Source of the DNA: Antedon mediterranea
Lineage: Eukaryota > Animalia > Echinodermata
Assembly: GCF_964355755.1 (NCBI RefSeq)
Contig: NC_092670.1
Coordinates: 8,360,201 to 8,424,200, forward strand
Direction: 5' to 3'
DNA: 64,000 bases
Positions 38,763 to 51,600 of this stretch are shown here, one piece after another; the first letter of the stretch is position 1, and each line of letters opens with the position of its first letter. The translations under genes and the position numbers were made by a program. The notes beneath the pieces were generated by a model. That model was not told where the DNA came from. It was given only the letters and a program-made list of their open reading frames with translations, and did no database searches.

Positions 38763-41700
38763 CGGGTAGAGAGGCTATAAACTCAGGGGAGGAATATAAA
38801 ATACCCTCCCTTTTCACCAAGACAGAAATGAATGAGATCAGTAAGAAGAATGCAAGAGTTTTGAAAAATAAGATATTTAGAATGGATAGCATGGAATGAT
38901 CTATTTAATGAAAACCGTAAGGTTAGAGTCCATACACTGTGCAAGTCCAAGCTCCTTATATCTTGGCTCTGTGTGTATGTGAGACGCTTCATACCCGGAT
39001 GTAAAACTTTTTTTTATATACCCATACTTATAATATTTATAATGTAACTGTTTTTCTTCATAGATCATAATATTCTAGATCATCATCCGACTCGTCATCA
39101 CTAATATTATAATCTTCATTATCATTCATTGAATCGGTAGGGGGTGTTTTTATGTTTTGGCAGTTTTTACATTTACATAAGTCTGTACATAGTAGTCCAG
39201 ATTTCAAACAGGAACATCTTCCTTTTCACAATTTCCCACTTTACAGCTACAGTGAATTGACTGTAATAGGACCTGAGGAGCTGGTGGATTTGTTATCCAT
39301 GTGATTGCAAGCTGTTTGTCCTTCATTTGCCATCCATGTCCAACTGGAGACGGGGCATGGATACATTGTTGGAATGATCGCCTATGGATTGCAGCCTGAT
39401 AATTACAGCATTTACAATGATGGATGAGAGCGTCCCTTGTTGGTGGTAGACTTAGTTCTGTAGCTGAGGATGACCGACAGAAAACTTTGTATCTTGTGTC
39501 ATTAATACTTGTAGAAGCTTGTCCATAGAGCATACACACAAACGACTCAAGTGTGTCGATAGTCTCCTGCTTGAGAGTAAATTCTCTGCCAATGTCTCTA
39601 AAGGCTTCTATATATTCTTTATTTTCTAAAGCAAGTGCCAGTGCTTTTTTTTTCCACTTGGGATGAACCAGTCAAGTGTCGTATTGTCAATCCAAGTCCA
39701 AGAGACTTCGGAGATTGCTTTTTACCTTTTGATGTTAAATAAACAATGTCCTGGCAAATGGATAAAATTTTAACATGGTCTCAGGAGATACATCGACATA
39801 AGTTGCCATGTTTGGTTCAAATGTGACACCAATACACCATGCAATTAAGTTGTAAAGGTGAAATGGAATCATCTTTATTGCTTCCTTCAAATTTATATCG
39901 TCTGATATTGGAGGCCAATTACAACTCATAGCAGGTGAATCTTTTATTTCGTTGTGTACAATTGTACCTGCATTAAAAACAGTTCTAACCTTTTCTAGAC
40001 TTATGTCATGATGTATTGCTAGAATGGTGTTTTCAATTTCTATTTCAGAGCTAGATTCACCAGTTGTTGAATACTCCTCTTCAGATGACTTGATACGATC
40101 TAACACACTTCCAGTTGAAAGTTCCTCTGTAAATACCATCTCACATTGGTTTTTACGATAAGGCTTGTGGAAGCACAATTGCGGAAAGTCTTGCTTCATT
40201 CGTTCTTTAAGTCTATCAGATCTAAAGTAGGAATTAAATGAAATTAAAAAATTGTTTCACTATGCCTAATTAATGGATACTATGAGGACAGTATTATTCA
40301 AATCAAAATAGAATACTGCTGTTCATTGACATTTAAATGCTTTATTAAAACTTTAATTTGTTTGTATTATGTTTTTGTTCTTTAGATTATGTATTTCATT
40401 TTATATGTACCTGTAATTAATCATTTCAAGCCCTTCATGCTGTTTAACAATCTTTGTAAACAATTGTACCAATTTCCGCATCCTTAAAATGTCTTGATTT
40501 TTTATGAGACGCTCCTGAATGACTGTTTGCTTGAAAACTTGATATGATGCATCATACTCTGGTTTTAGTGAAGCATCCGTTCTAAAAAAAGATAGATAAT
40601 ACACTTTGAAAATGCAATAGTCATGTAGTGAGACAGTCTCTTGATCATAAGGTTGCTGTCCACTTGGGGTGTTTATTTAATACTATGTATAGCACAACTA
40701 TAAATGGTAATAATGTACAGTACTTACTTATGACTACCTGTCCTCCTTGACAGAAATCTAGTATCCTGTAGCAAGAACGATGGTAGCGAACTTCTAATGC
40801 TACACAGTCCTTGTCCCGTATGTGTATCAACACATTTTCATCAGTTTTAGCTTCTGCAGCTTGGTGTAAAAGTCCTTAAGATACAAATAAAGACAAATAA
40901 AGTAAAATAAGAATTACTTAATGCATAACAATTCTGTCAGCATTTTATCATTATTTATTTAAATTTTATTCTAAAAACTGTATTATCCCAAACTGGGAAT
41001 TCACAACAGTAGAAATATTTGTTTGAATTTTATTACTGTAATGCAAAATACTGTAATGCTATTACGTATCGAGGTCACCTAAAAACAATCAATGGTGTCA
41101 CATACCTCCATCTTTGGTTTCTGCTTGACACAGTTTATCCTTCTTGCGTTTATGATAGACTGTTATGTAGCAATCAACCTTGTTGCAAATTATGCAAACA
41201 GCTGGTAAGACTGAGCGACTAGGCCTAGTATGACGACCTTGCTTGGATAAGGCACCCTGCTGGTGATGGACGAGGCCAGTACCGAAGATGATCGTAGTTT
41301 TTTCGTTGTTGTTAGATACAAGTCTTCATCGCTACTACCTTTACTACTTTCACTACTAGAACTAGAATCTTATTTTCACATCTTTTAACAGCTTTAACAA
41401 TTCGTGTGTTGTCAATAAACCGTCGGTAGCATGTTGGGTGAAACCCTTCATTATGTAGGCCTTTTCAAAACTACCTTCAAATAGATGACGTGAGGCTTCG
41501 GCTAGGATACGGTCGTAACCATCCAATTTTTGCCATTTACTGGCACATTCTGTTACCCTTTTCCACCGTACATTTGTAAACGGGCTTACCTTTTCTGATA
41601 CAACGGATTCTAAATGTATAATACACTTAAATTCTTTCGAATGTTTGCGTTTTTTTTCTTTGTCTGCTCGCATGCTTCGTCCATGTTGACAGCTATAGTG
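38763..41700 (-). mobile_element. Academ-like transposon relic with an intron-containing, internally deleted gene
   Basis: C-terminal LPPT..AL..H....YQA.I...P.P..HGW...W...PPAP..LL..I.C.CK...C and CTDLCKC motifs (39160-39650). Upstream exons include CVALEVRYHRSCY. The central transposase region is missing (junction ~39660). One terminus CGGGTAGAGAGGC. Confidence 0.8.
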
Positions 41701-41744
41701 TGTTATGGTTAAAGTAGATGAAGCGTGACGGACTATCTTAATTG

Positions 41745-42197
41745 GTAAAATTTATTTGCCAGTATTTATTTCTTCGTATTTGCATGATTATACTATTATC
41801 ATTACAATTTTAATTTTACATTGTTCCATCCACACTGTAGATGGACTCCACAGAGTTTTCAGCCCTCTATATAATTTTTGCTCTTTTGACGTTCCATAGA
41901 AACAAAAACATTGAACATGGGGTAGGCCTACTGTACTGTAAGCTAGTCATTTTGTGTGCGAGAAAAACGTCTGTAAAATCATCAATTTAAAAATGTATTT
42001 GTTACTTTTTATGTGATTCTTTTTCATGAAAGTGCCAATTCTAAAGTGTGGTATTCAGAATAAATGTTTGGAGTTAAAATACAAGGCAGGTGCGAAAGAT
42101 AAATATTTGTAATCTTAGGTCTGGGTCTTAGCTTTCGTGATCTTAGTTAGGTCTTAGGGAGTCTTAGCTTTCGTGGTCTTAGGTTTCGTGAAACCCC
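41745..42197. mobile_element. Right part of the palindromic MITE seen at 27757-28670
   Basis: 41745-42045 matches 28362-28668 and ends ...ggtcttaggtttcgtgaaacccc. Confidence 0.6.
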
Positions 42198-42199
42198 GT

Positions 42200-42308
42200 A
42201 AGTAAAGTATCTTGCCTACGGATACAAGCAATGCGGCGAGAGTTGGATTCGAACCTAGGTCTGACGATCGGTTGTCCAACGTCCAACACACTGCGCCACA
42301 CGCCCTCA
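42200..42308 (-). mobile_element. tRNA-derived SINE 5' head
   Basis: Minus strand: A-box TGGCGCAGTGTG, B-box GGTTCGAATCC, then gtaggcaagatacttta as in the 9880 SINE. No acceptor stem, so not a tRNA gene. Confidence 0.7.
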
Positions 42309-42697
42309 CTAAATAATTAAATTATTAGGATGAGGCCTAGGCCTAGATAATCTACCTAGGCCTAGGGCCCTATTACTAGGCCTACTAGGCTAGGCCTAGA
42401 GGGCCTATAGGTCCTCATATAGGCTAGCCAGTATAGCTAGCTACTACTACTACTAGAGGGCCAGGCTTATTAATTTTATGCTTTAGTACTATATGAGACT
42501 AGCCTAGACCTAGGCCTATGTAGCACAGGCGATCTAGTCTAACATAGGGGGCCAGGCTATGTATCTCCTCGGGCCTACCTACCTAGCCTTGTAGTAGGCC
42601 TACCTAGGCTAGTAGGCCTAGCCTATAGGGCCTAGGCTAGGCCTAGCCCTTTAAGTAGGTGACCAATCCAAATGGGAACAAATTATGTTATGCCTAC

Positions 42698-43109
42698 CTG
42701 TCAAACCAATCTCTACGCCAATTGCATTCCACTGATATCTTTTTTTTTATTACATTTTTATAATTCGCGTCTGATTTGTTGAACAGCACCTCATTTTCTT
42801 GTACAAGGAGGACTAATGTTTCGTCTAGGCCCATAGACGACTCCATCGCGATTGACTCTCGATGATATCTGTCTGATTTTTTTTTTGCCGCTTGCCATAA
42901 ATAAAGCTCTCTGATTGGTTGAAATATTTTTATCGTTCGCGTCCAAATAAAATATCGCTCATGCAAGCGGTATGTAAAACTATCTTTTTATCGTAAACGA
43001 TAGAATCGTATAGTTATCGTCCTAGTGTGAACGGTTCTATTGATTTTAACTTAAGCGATTTTTTTCTATCGTGTATAGTTATAGTTATCGTCGTAGTATA
43101 AACAGGCCT
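42698..43109 (-). mobile_element. Harbinger transposon end with a MADF (Myb/SANT-like) first-exon relic
   Basis: Terminus AGGCCTGTTTATACTA next to TAA. ATG at 42846 gives MESSMGLDETLVLLVQENEVLFNKSDANYKNVIKK, then a 1-nt slip in an A run, WNAIGVEIGLT and donor AG|GTAGGC at 42698/42697. Confidence 0.7.
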
Positions 43110-44940
43110 TTAGACTAACTGACTGCACGAAGTAGGCCTACACGACGTACACGCACGCGCCAGGTGATACATCCTTCCTGTGCGTTCCATAAGTTCTTTT
43201 TAAAAGATCCAAACGTCTTGGTGTTTGGTAGTTCAAATTTGTATTTTTAAGCGTAAAACTAATAATTAATAGAATAAATGGTTTTGGTTGTAATTATTGA
43301 CTTGTAAAATATATTCGTAAGTCTTTTGCTAAATGAATGTCGATTTAAATTGAATAATCTCTTTTTATTAAGGCTTGACTAGGCCTGTAGTAAAAAATCG
43401 TAGTGTTAGTATGCCCAGCAAAAAAAAAAGTGGGAGGCCAAGCAAAACCCTGAGCCTATACCGGACTATATAATAAGTATTTATATCAGCCTTATTATAT
43501 ATATATAGTAAATTAAAGAACTACAACATCGTTTTAGTCATATGGTACACTACCAGCCATCTTTGAGTGACTATTCCTGGAGTTGAATCCTTTGTTATAA
43601 AAAAAAATGCATACCGTTCACAAATTTAATATTAAAACAATCCATTTGTTTAAATGTTTTTGTTAAAATAAGTGGTACAGTAATTGGAAATATAATAAAC
43701 ATAATAAAGTAAAGAAAAAGAGTAATCAAAATTATAAATAGAGAAACTAGATTTGGACTCGTCACGGTGACGAGTTAGGCTATCCCGCAATGCATCGTAA
43801 CATACATATGCTATTTATTAGGCTTAGCCTACAGTAAGCTGCACCACAGCGATTGTATAAACAGCATAGCATCGTTCAACAAGCGTCAACAGTTGACTGT
43901 ATTGGCATTGTAGACGGTTTAGTTGACGGTTAGTTTTTATTTTACACCACTCACGTTTATTTAATTGTTTGAATATGATGAAATTTTCAAATTAAAAATA
44001 AAGTTCATGTGTCTGAAGGAGAATGTTTTAAGTAATAACATTATTGAAAATTGAAAGGAAATTGATAACGTTTATGCAATATGCGCTCTACTGTATTGAA
44101 TGTGACGAACTGTGTCGAAAGAGACAAAATTCCTATATTTTACATTTGTGTGGCCATACGATGTTTGACGTGCCCGTGTGTCATTTTTTCATTCATAATT
44201 CATCAAATATGAAAGCAATATATCATAAAACTATAAAAAACAATATTCAAGCACAAAAACGGGCTTTATATGCTGCGTACGGGCTAAGTGCGCAAAAGCG
44301 TGTGCTCAACGCACATCTGAAATGCTTAAAATGTCCTGAAACGTGTAGAAAGTTGATTAGAAATTGATTTTGAGCATTTTTAACTTTCAAAGCGTGCTTA
44401 CGCACGAAAATAAATGTTGAAAATTTTGCTGATGATACAGGAAGATGACCCTTGACATGAAGCATACATGTGTCAAGTGGTATTTAATTTATAGTCAATC
44501 AACACGACAATATTTTCATTAAACCAAAGTTTCTTGCACAACTACTTATATACGCGCATCTGCTGGCCAAGTTACAACATAACTGCTACCGCTGTTTTTG
44601 AGATCTGCATGCAACTGAAATTTTTTACAATAACAATAGGCTATATCTCTACAGATAGCAATAGTCTAATAAAAATAGAAATCAATTTTAGAAAAGAAAA
44701 CTTTAAGTTTATATTTTGCATATTAATTGTATTTTGGAATGAAGTAATATAAGTGCATTCTAGCTTTTAGATGAACGATAAGTAAAAAGTTTTTTTGCCT
44801 TGAAAACAATTCCAGGTGGGGACAACTAAATCGTATCCTAATAGTATTAAAAGTCAATTTTTACTTCACAAGCTGCATCTATTTCTTTTTGCTTTTGCTG
44901 TCTGGAATAATAATACAGTGCTGTATTTAATAATGTATTA

Positions 44941-47487
44941 TCTATATATAAATTTACGTAAGGGCAAAATTCGGTAAATCGCGCCTTACTTCTAGAATTT
45001 TCACTCGATGGTATGTAAAGTTGGTTCGTACTTTCGGTACTGATTTTAACCGCCTGATGTAACCCTGTTTACTAATTAAATTGAGTTAGATAATTAGTTA
45101 TTGACGATTAAAACGAATTTAGGTTCAAAGATTTGCCCCAAATAGGGGTGTTTTCCGATCGTGGTATACACTGTCTAATGGATGTCCATCTTGAAAAATA
45201 CCCACCAAAAAAATGCGAGGAGGCTTCGCATTTTTCTATCTCCTCCTACGATAATTGTTTTTAATAGCTGAAAACCGGTTGAACAGCTAGAGTACACCAT
45301 CATAATGTTGAAGACAGGCCGATTTTCTTTAAAAAATACTATTTTGATAGATTTAATATACGATTATACAAATGTATTGATTTGCGATGAATGGAACATC
45401 CCAATCTCTCAGTCTGCCAGAGTTTGGTTTAACACAAGTACTGTAGGTAAATTTATGAGCCCTTGGTTTAACACATACGGTAGGTAAATATATGGGCCCT
45501 TTGAGAATAAACTTGCAATACTTTGACAATACTGTAAATACCTATTAACTATTTTTCATTTGAATCGAACATTTCTTACTGTGAATGTTCGTACTGTTAG
45601 ATGTAATATAAAAATATATACAAATAAACTTTATTACTGAGACTGTGGATAGGCTCTACTGTTAGATATACAAATAAACTTTATACTGACAGTTCCTTCT
45701 CAACGTTTGTATTAATTAATAATTACCAAAAATATAAACGTCGTAGTGGTGTATCGTGACATGTACTTTAATATTTCAATCGATTATGACAGTGACAGTT
45801 TTAACAAAGTATTAAATCGCAAATGTTTTAGGCCTACTGTATTTAGAGGTATATTATTTATAGGCCTATAAAACATGAACAAAATATTTCGTTACTCAGT
45901 GGATAAAGAATATATTTAAAAATTGTTCCTCTTTGTACCTATCCGCTTTCCCATCCCTCAACCCTAATGTTACATAGCGAGGAGGCTTCGCATTTTCCTA
46001 TCTCCTCCTACGATAATTGTTTTTAATAGCTGAAAACCGGTTGAACAGCTAGAGTACACCATCATAATGTTTAAGACAGGCCGATTTTCTTTTAAAAATA
46101 CTATTTTGATAGATTGCTAGAGTACACCATCATAATGTTGAAGACAGGCCGATTTTCTTTAAAAAATACTATTTTGATAGATTTAATATACGATTATACA
46201 AATGTATTGATTTGCGATGAATGGAACATCCAGTTTGGTTTAACACAAGTACTGTAGGTAAATTTATGAGCCCTTGGTTTAACACATACGGTAGGTAAAT
46301 ATATGGGCCCTTTGAGAATAAACTTGCAATAGGTTCGGAAAATGTTAAAAACCAATTTCTATTATTTGAATCGGTAAACAGTTTCCATTTATTATACATT
46401 GATAATGAAACATGAAATATTCCTATTTATGTCCCTCGAGGTTCATTACAATTTATATTTAGTACTCCCACGGACTTCATCTTAGCCACTCCCCCGAGTG
46501 CTAAGGCCAAATTTATGATACCCTACTTTCTATGTAAGTTTAGTTACAGTTAGTTCTTGACGATAATACAACGAATTTAGGTTACACCCTTCGGCCGCGA
46601 AAACGTTTCTGTACAAATATGATACCGATTGGCTTTATTTCATTCAACAGCGACCATAATCTCGCCAATTACAGGATAGATAAACTATTTTATTATTGAT
46701 GTGCTTATAAATTAAGACTCATGTAAACAGCTTGATTACATCATTTTACAGACAAACGAAACTTTTTTAAACCTACTGTTTCAATAACTGAGTATAATAC
46801 TGTATACGTTTTCATAAGTAAGTGCATATACATTTTCGTGTTTTCATTGACGAGATTGTAATAGTAACTTCAGTAACTATTACAGTACTTATTTATTATA
46901 CGACACAAGACAATTGTATCTGACAGGTACGTACATTATTCTAAAAAATAAGTCTAGATAGATCCCTTAGGCGTCATAAATCACAGGCCAACAAATCAGT
47001 ACTCATGACAGAAATTCGACCCAGTTTGGTTCACACAAATGTTTACAGGAAGTTCAACACCACAACCGATGATTTGCCCTAAATATTTAGGTAGACTACA
47101 GTTTAATTTTTCACTGAATAGGAGCTTGAATTTCCGATTTCCATTTCGCAGAATGTCTAGGTCTATTTATTTAGTTTGGTTCTTATAATATATAAATACA
47201 ATCAACTTTATTACTGCGGTTCCATCACCACCACCACGTGCCGCCGCCCAATTCCCGTACATACATTTCCATTTCTCCCTAATTTCTTTAATCCACATAA
47301 ATTAATTGTCCTTTATGGAATCCAGTATTGGTTTTGTTGTCTCTATTTCTGAATACCCCAATTAGGGGGACACTTCCGTTTTTGTTTAGTGTCCCAAAAA
47401 AGTCCCCGTCCGTGGATTCTACTTTATTCGAGAACCATCTGTGAGCACCCCTAGATGGTACGCGAGCGAAGCGAGCGTGCCATCTAG
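44941..47487 (+). mobile_element. Non-autonomous Helitron
   Basis: 5' A|TCTATATATA and 3' hairpin ctagatggtacgc-gagcgaagcga-gcgtgccatCTAG|T, inserted between A and T without a TSD. Internal ~300-bp duplication (45213-45520 / 45977-46330). Confidence 0.75.
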
Positions 47488-47655
47488 TTATAAATAATTT
47501 GTAAACTATGGAAGTTTTCTTCCATAGTTATTTATAATTTTTTTAGCCTACAAAAGTTTCATTCTTTTTGCCTTTTTAGTTGTTTTTTATGGAAATATTA
47601 TCTTTAAACAAATCTGTGAAAAAAAATTCTCAAACCATGAATAGTCTATTATTAT

Positions 47656-47800
47656 CAGGCCCGTATGCAGCATTTACAATGGGGGGGTGCGAGCGAAGCG
47701 AGCAACAATGGCTGGGGGCCAGGGGGCCGCCAATGGCCCCCGGTCAGGGGCCGAAGGCCGTGGCAGAATTTGCGTTATTTGACGTTCTAAAGACTGATTT
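47656..47800 (+). mobile_element. hAT-like MITE terminus fragment
   Basis: CAGGCCCGTA...GGGGGGG start with GC-rich ggggcc/ggcccc hairpins; second end not found. Confidence 0.35.
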
Positions 47801-48692
47801 AAGACTCTCTGTTGTGGCTTGGGCTAGTTGAACGATGGACACCAGAACTTAACGCTTTCATGATGAGGCCAACTCAGACAGCGTCATACGACGCTGTCTG
47901 AGTTGGCCTTCCCTTGTTTAGGCGCCGTATTCGATAGTGTCTGTATATCCAGACACGTCTTTACCGCCGGTTAAGTTGTCTGTATTTCCAGCAAACACTT
48001 TACCGCGTACATGAAGCGCTAAGCTATTGCTTGTCGTCACATGATCGACTGCGCATGTTTTACATCGAGTTTGTAGTCAGTTCAGATTCCGTAATTTAAT
48101 TACCGGTATTTTTTCATTTTATATTAGCATATTTTTGTTGTATACCATTGATAATGTAAATTTTGTATATATATAATGATATTGTCTTTAGTTAAACAAG
48201 ACAAGAAAAAATACCAACTGAGGAAATGGTGGACCTTTTGGGAACGCACATCATGAGGTAATTTCCCGATTGATCGTAATCAAAACGGTACTGGGTTTGG
48301 TCTACTAGCGTTCCTGCTCCCAACCAGTACATCCATTCATAGAAGCCTTAATGAAGTAAGCCTACCTGGTGGTGGCCATAGAACGGTCCCGAGATAACGA
48401 CTATACTTCGGCTTTAGTCGATAGAAGATTGAATAAATTGTTAGAGATAGAGTATACGATGTTATGATTATGTGTAGATATGTGATTTGTTCTTTTTATT
48501 CAAATGATGTTATGTATTTAATAAATTTGTTATATCAATTAATTTAATTATCGTAGATTGCATGTTATGTGATGAATATTATTTAATAGATTTTTGATAT
48601 ATTATTATTATTATATTAATAAAAAAGATATTTGTTAGTATACGGGCCTGATTATTAGTTAATTTATTTTCTTTCAGATTACAGAATACAGC

Positions 48693-51600
48693 ATGAAATA
48701 TAAATGTGAACACTGTGGAGTTAAGTTGGAATTCAGTGACTTGAAAGAACATTTAGGATTACACAATCATTCTAAAGAAATAAAATGTGAGCTCTGTGAA
48801 CATACAATTGACAAGTGTAAGCTACATAACCAGACACCATATGAATGTGATCATGAGGAGGAAGGAAATCGGAATTTGAAAAAACATTTGAGCACAAACA
48901 CAGGAGAGACACCATATGAATGTGAGCATGAGAGGGAAGGAAATCGGAATTTGAAAAAATATTTGAGCACAAACAGAGGAGAGACACCATATGAAGGTGA
49001 GCATGAGAAGGAAGGAAATCGGAATTTAAAAAAACATTTGAGCACAAACACAGGAGAGACACCATATGAATGTGAGCATGAGAAGGAAGGAAATCTGAAT
49101 TTGAAAAAACATTTGAGCACAAACACAGGAGAGACACCATATGAATGTGAGCATGAGAAAGAAGGAAATCGGAATTTGAAAAAACATTTGAGCACAAACA
49201 CAGGAGAGACACCATATGAATGTGAGCATGAGAAAGAAGGAAATCGGAATTTAAAAAAACATTTGAGCACAAACACAGGAGAGACACCATATGAATGTGA
49301 GCATGAGAAGGAAGGAAATCTGAATTTGAAAAAACATTTGAGCACAAACACAGGAGAGACACCATATGAATGTGAGCATGAGAAAGAAGGAAATCGGAAT
49401 TTGAAAAAACATTGGAGAACAAACACAGGCGAGACACCATATGAATGTGAGCATGAGAAGGAAGGAAATCGAAATTTGAACAAACATTTGAGGACAAACA
49501 CAGGTGAGACACCATATGAATGTGAGCATGGGAAAGAAGGAAATCGGAATTTGAAAAAACATTTGAGAACAAACACAGGAGAGACACCATATGAATGTGA
49601 GCATGAGAAGGAAGGAAATCGAAATTTGAACAAACATTTGAGGACAAACACAGAAGAGACACCATATGAATGTGAGCATGAGAAGGAAGGAAATCGGAAT
49701 TTGAACAAACATTTGAGGACAAACACAGGAGAGACACCATATGAATGTGAGCATGCGAAAGATGGAAATCGGAATTTGAAAAAACATTTGAGAACAAACA
49801 CAGGAGAGACACCATATGAATGTGAGCATGAGAAGGAAGGAAATCGAAATTTGAACAAACATTTGAGGACAAACACAGGAGAGACACCATATGAATGTGA
49901 GCATGAGAAGGAAGGAAATCGGAATTTGAAAAAACATTTGAGCACAAACGTAGGAGAGACACCATATGAATGTGAGCATGAGAAGGAAGGAAATCGGAAT
50001 TTAAAAAAACATTTGAGCACAAACACAGGAGAGACACCATATGAATGTGATCATGAGAAGGAAGGAAATCTTAATTTGAAAAAACATTTGAGCACGAACA
50101 CAGGAGAGACACCATATGAATGTGAGCATGAGAAAGTAGGAAATCAGAATTTGAAAAAACATTTGAGCACAAACACAGGAGAGACACCATATGAATGTGA
50201 GCATGAGAAAGATGGAAATCGGAATTTGAAAAAACATTTGAGAACAAACACAGGAGAGACACCATATGAATGTGAGCATGAGAAGGAAGGAAATCGAAAT
50301 TTGAACAAACATTTGAGGACAAACACAGGTGAGACACCATATGAATGTGAGCATGGGAAAGAAGGAAATCGGAATTTGAAAAAACATTTGAGAACCAACA
50401 CAGGAGAGACACCATATGAATGTGAGCATGAGAAGGAAGGAAATCGAAATTTGAACAAACATTTGAGGACAAACACAGGAGAGACACCATATGAATGTGG
50501 GCATGAGAAGGAAGGAAATCGGAATTTGAAAAAACATTTGAGCACAAACGCAGGAGAGACACCATATGAATGTGAACATTGCGGGAAGAAATTCAAATGG
50601 AAGTCAACTTTGAAAACACATTTGAGAACACACAAAAGAGAGACACCATATGAATGTCAAAATTGTGGAAAGAAATTTAAACAAAGCTGGAATAGGAAAA
50701 TGCATTTGAGAAAACACACAAGAGAGACACAATATCAACGTGAACATTGTGGTAAGAAATTTAAACAAAATGGAAATTTAGAGATTCTTTTGAGAAAATA
50801 CACAGGAGAGACACCATATGAATGTGAGCATGAGAAGGAAGGAAATCGAAATTTGAACAAACATTTGAGGACAAACACAGGAGAGACACCATATGAATGT
50901 GGGCATGAGAAGGAAGGAAATCGGAATTTGAAAAAACATTTGAGCACAAACGCAGGAGAGACACCATATGAATGTGAACATTGCGGGAAGAAATTCAAAT
51001 GGAAGTCAACTTTGAAAACACATTTGAGAACACACAAAAGAGAGACACCATATGAATGTCAAAATTGTGGAAAGAAATTTAAACAAAGCTGGAATAGGAA
51101 AATGCATTTGAGAAAACACACAAGAGAGACACAATATCAACGTGAACATTGTGGTAAGAAATTTAAACAAAATGGAAATTTAGAGATTCTTTTGAGAAAA
51201 TACACAGGAGAGACACCATATGATTGTGAACATGGTGGTAAGAAATTGAAACAAAATGGAAATTTAAAGATTCGTTTGAGAAAACACACAGGAGAGACAC
51301 CATATGATTGTGAAAAAGAGAAGGAAGGAAATCTGAATTTAAAAAAACATTTGAGCACAAACATGGGAGAGACACCATATGAATGTGAGCATGAGAAGGA
51401 AGGAAATCGGAATTTGAAAAAACATTTGAGCACAAACACAGGAGAGACACCATATGAATGTGAGCATGAGAAGGAAGGAAATCGGAATTTGAAAAAACAT
51501 TTGAGCACAAACACAGGAGAGACACCATATGAATGTGAACATTGCGGGAAGAAATTCAAATTGAAGTCAACTTTGAAAGCACATTTGAGAACACACAAAA

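Noticed and set aside
39204-41673. Host tesmin/CXC-domain gene
   Set aside because: Fragmented frames, a large internal deletion and a repeated Academ-type terminus indicate a transposon relic.
42200-42308. tRNA gene
   Set aside because: A and B boxes are present but there is no cloverleaf or acceptor stem, and it continues into SINE body sequence.
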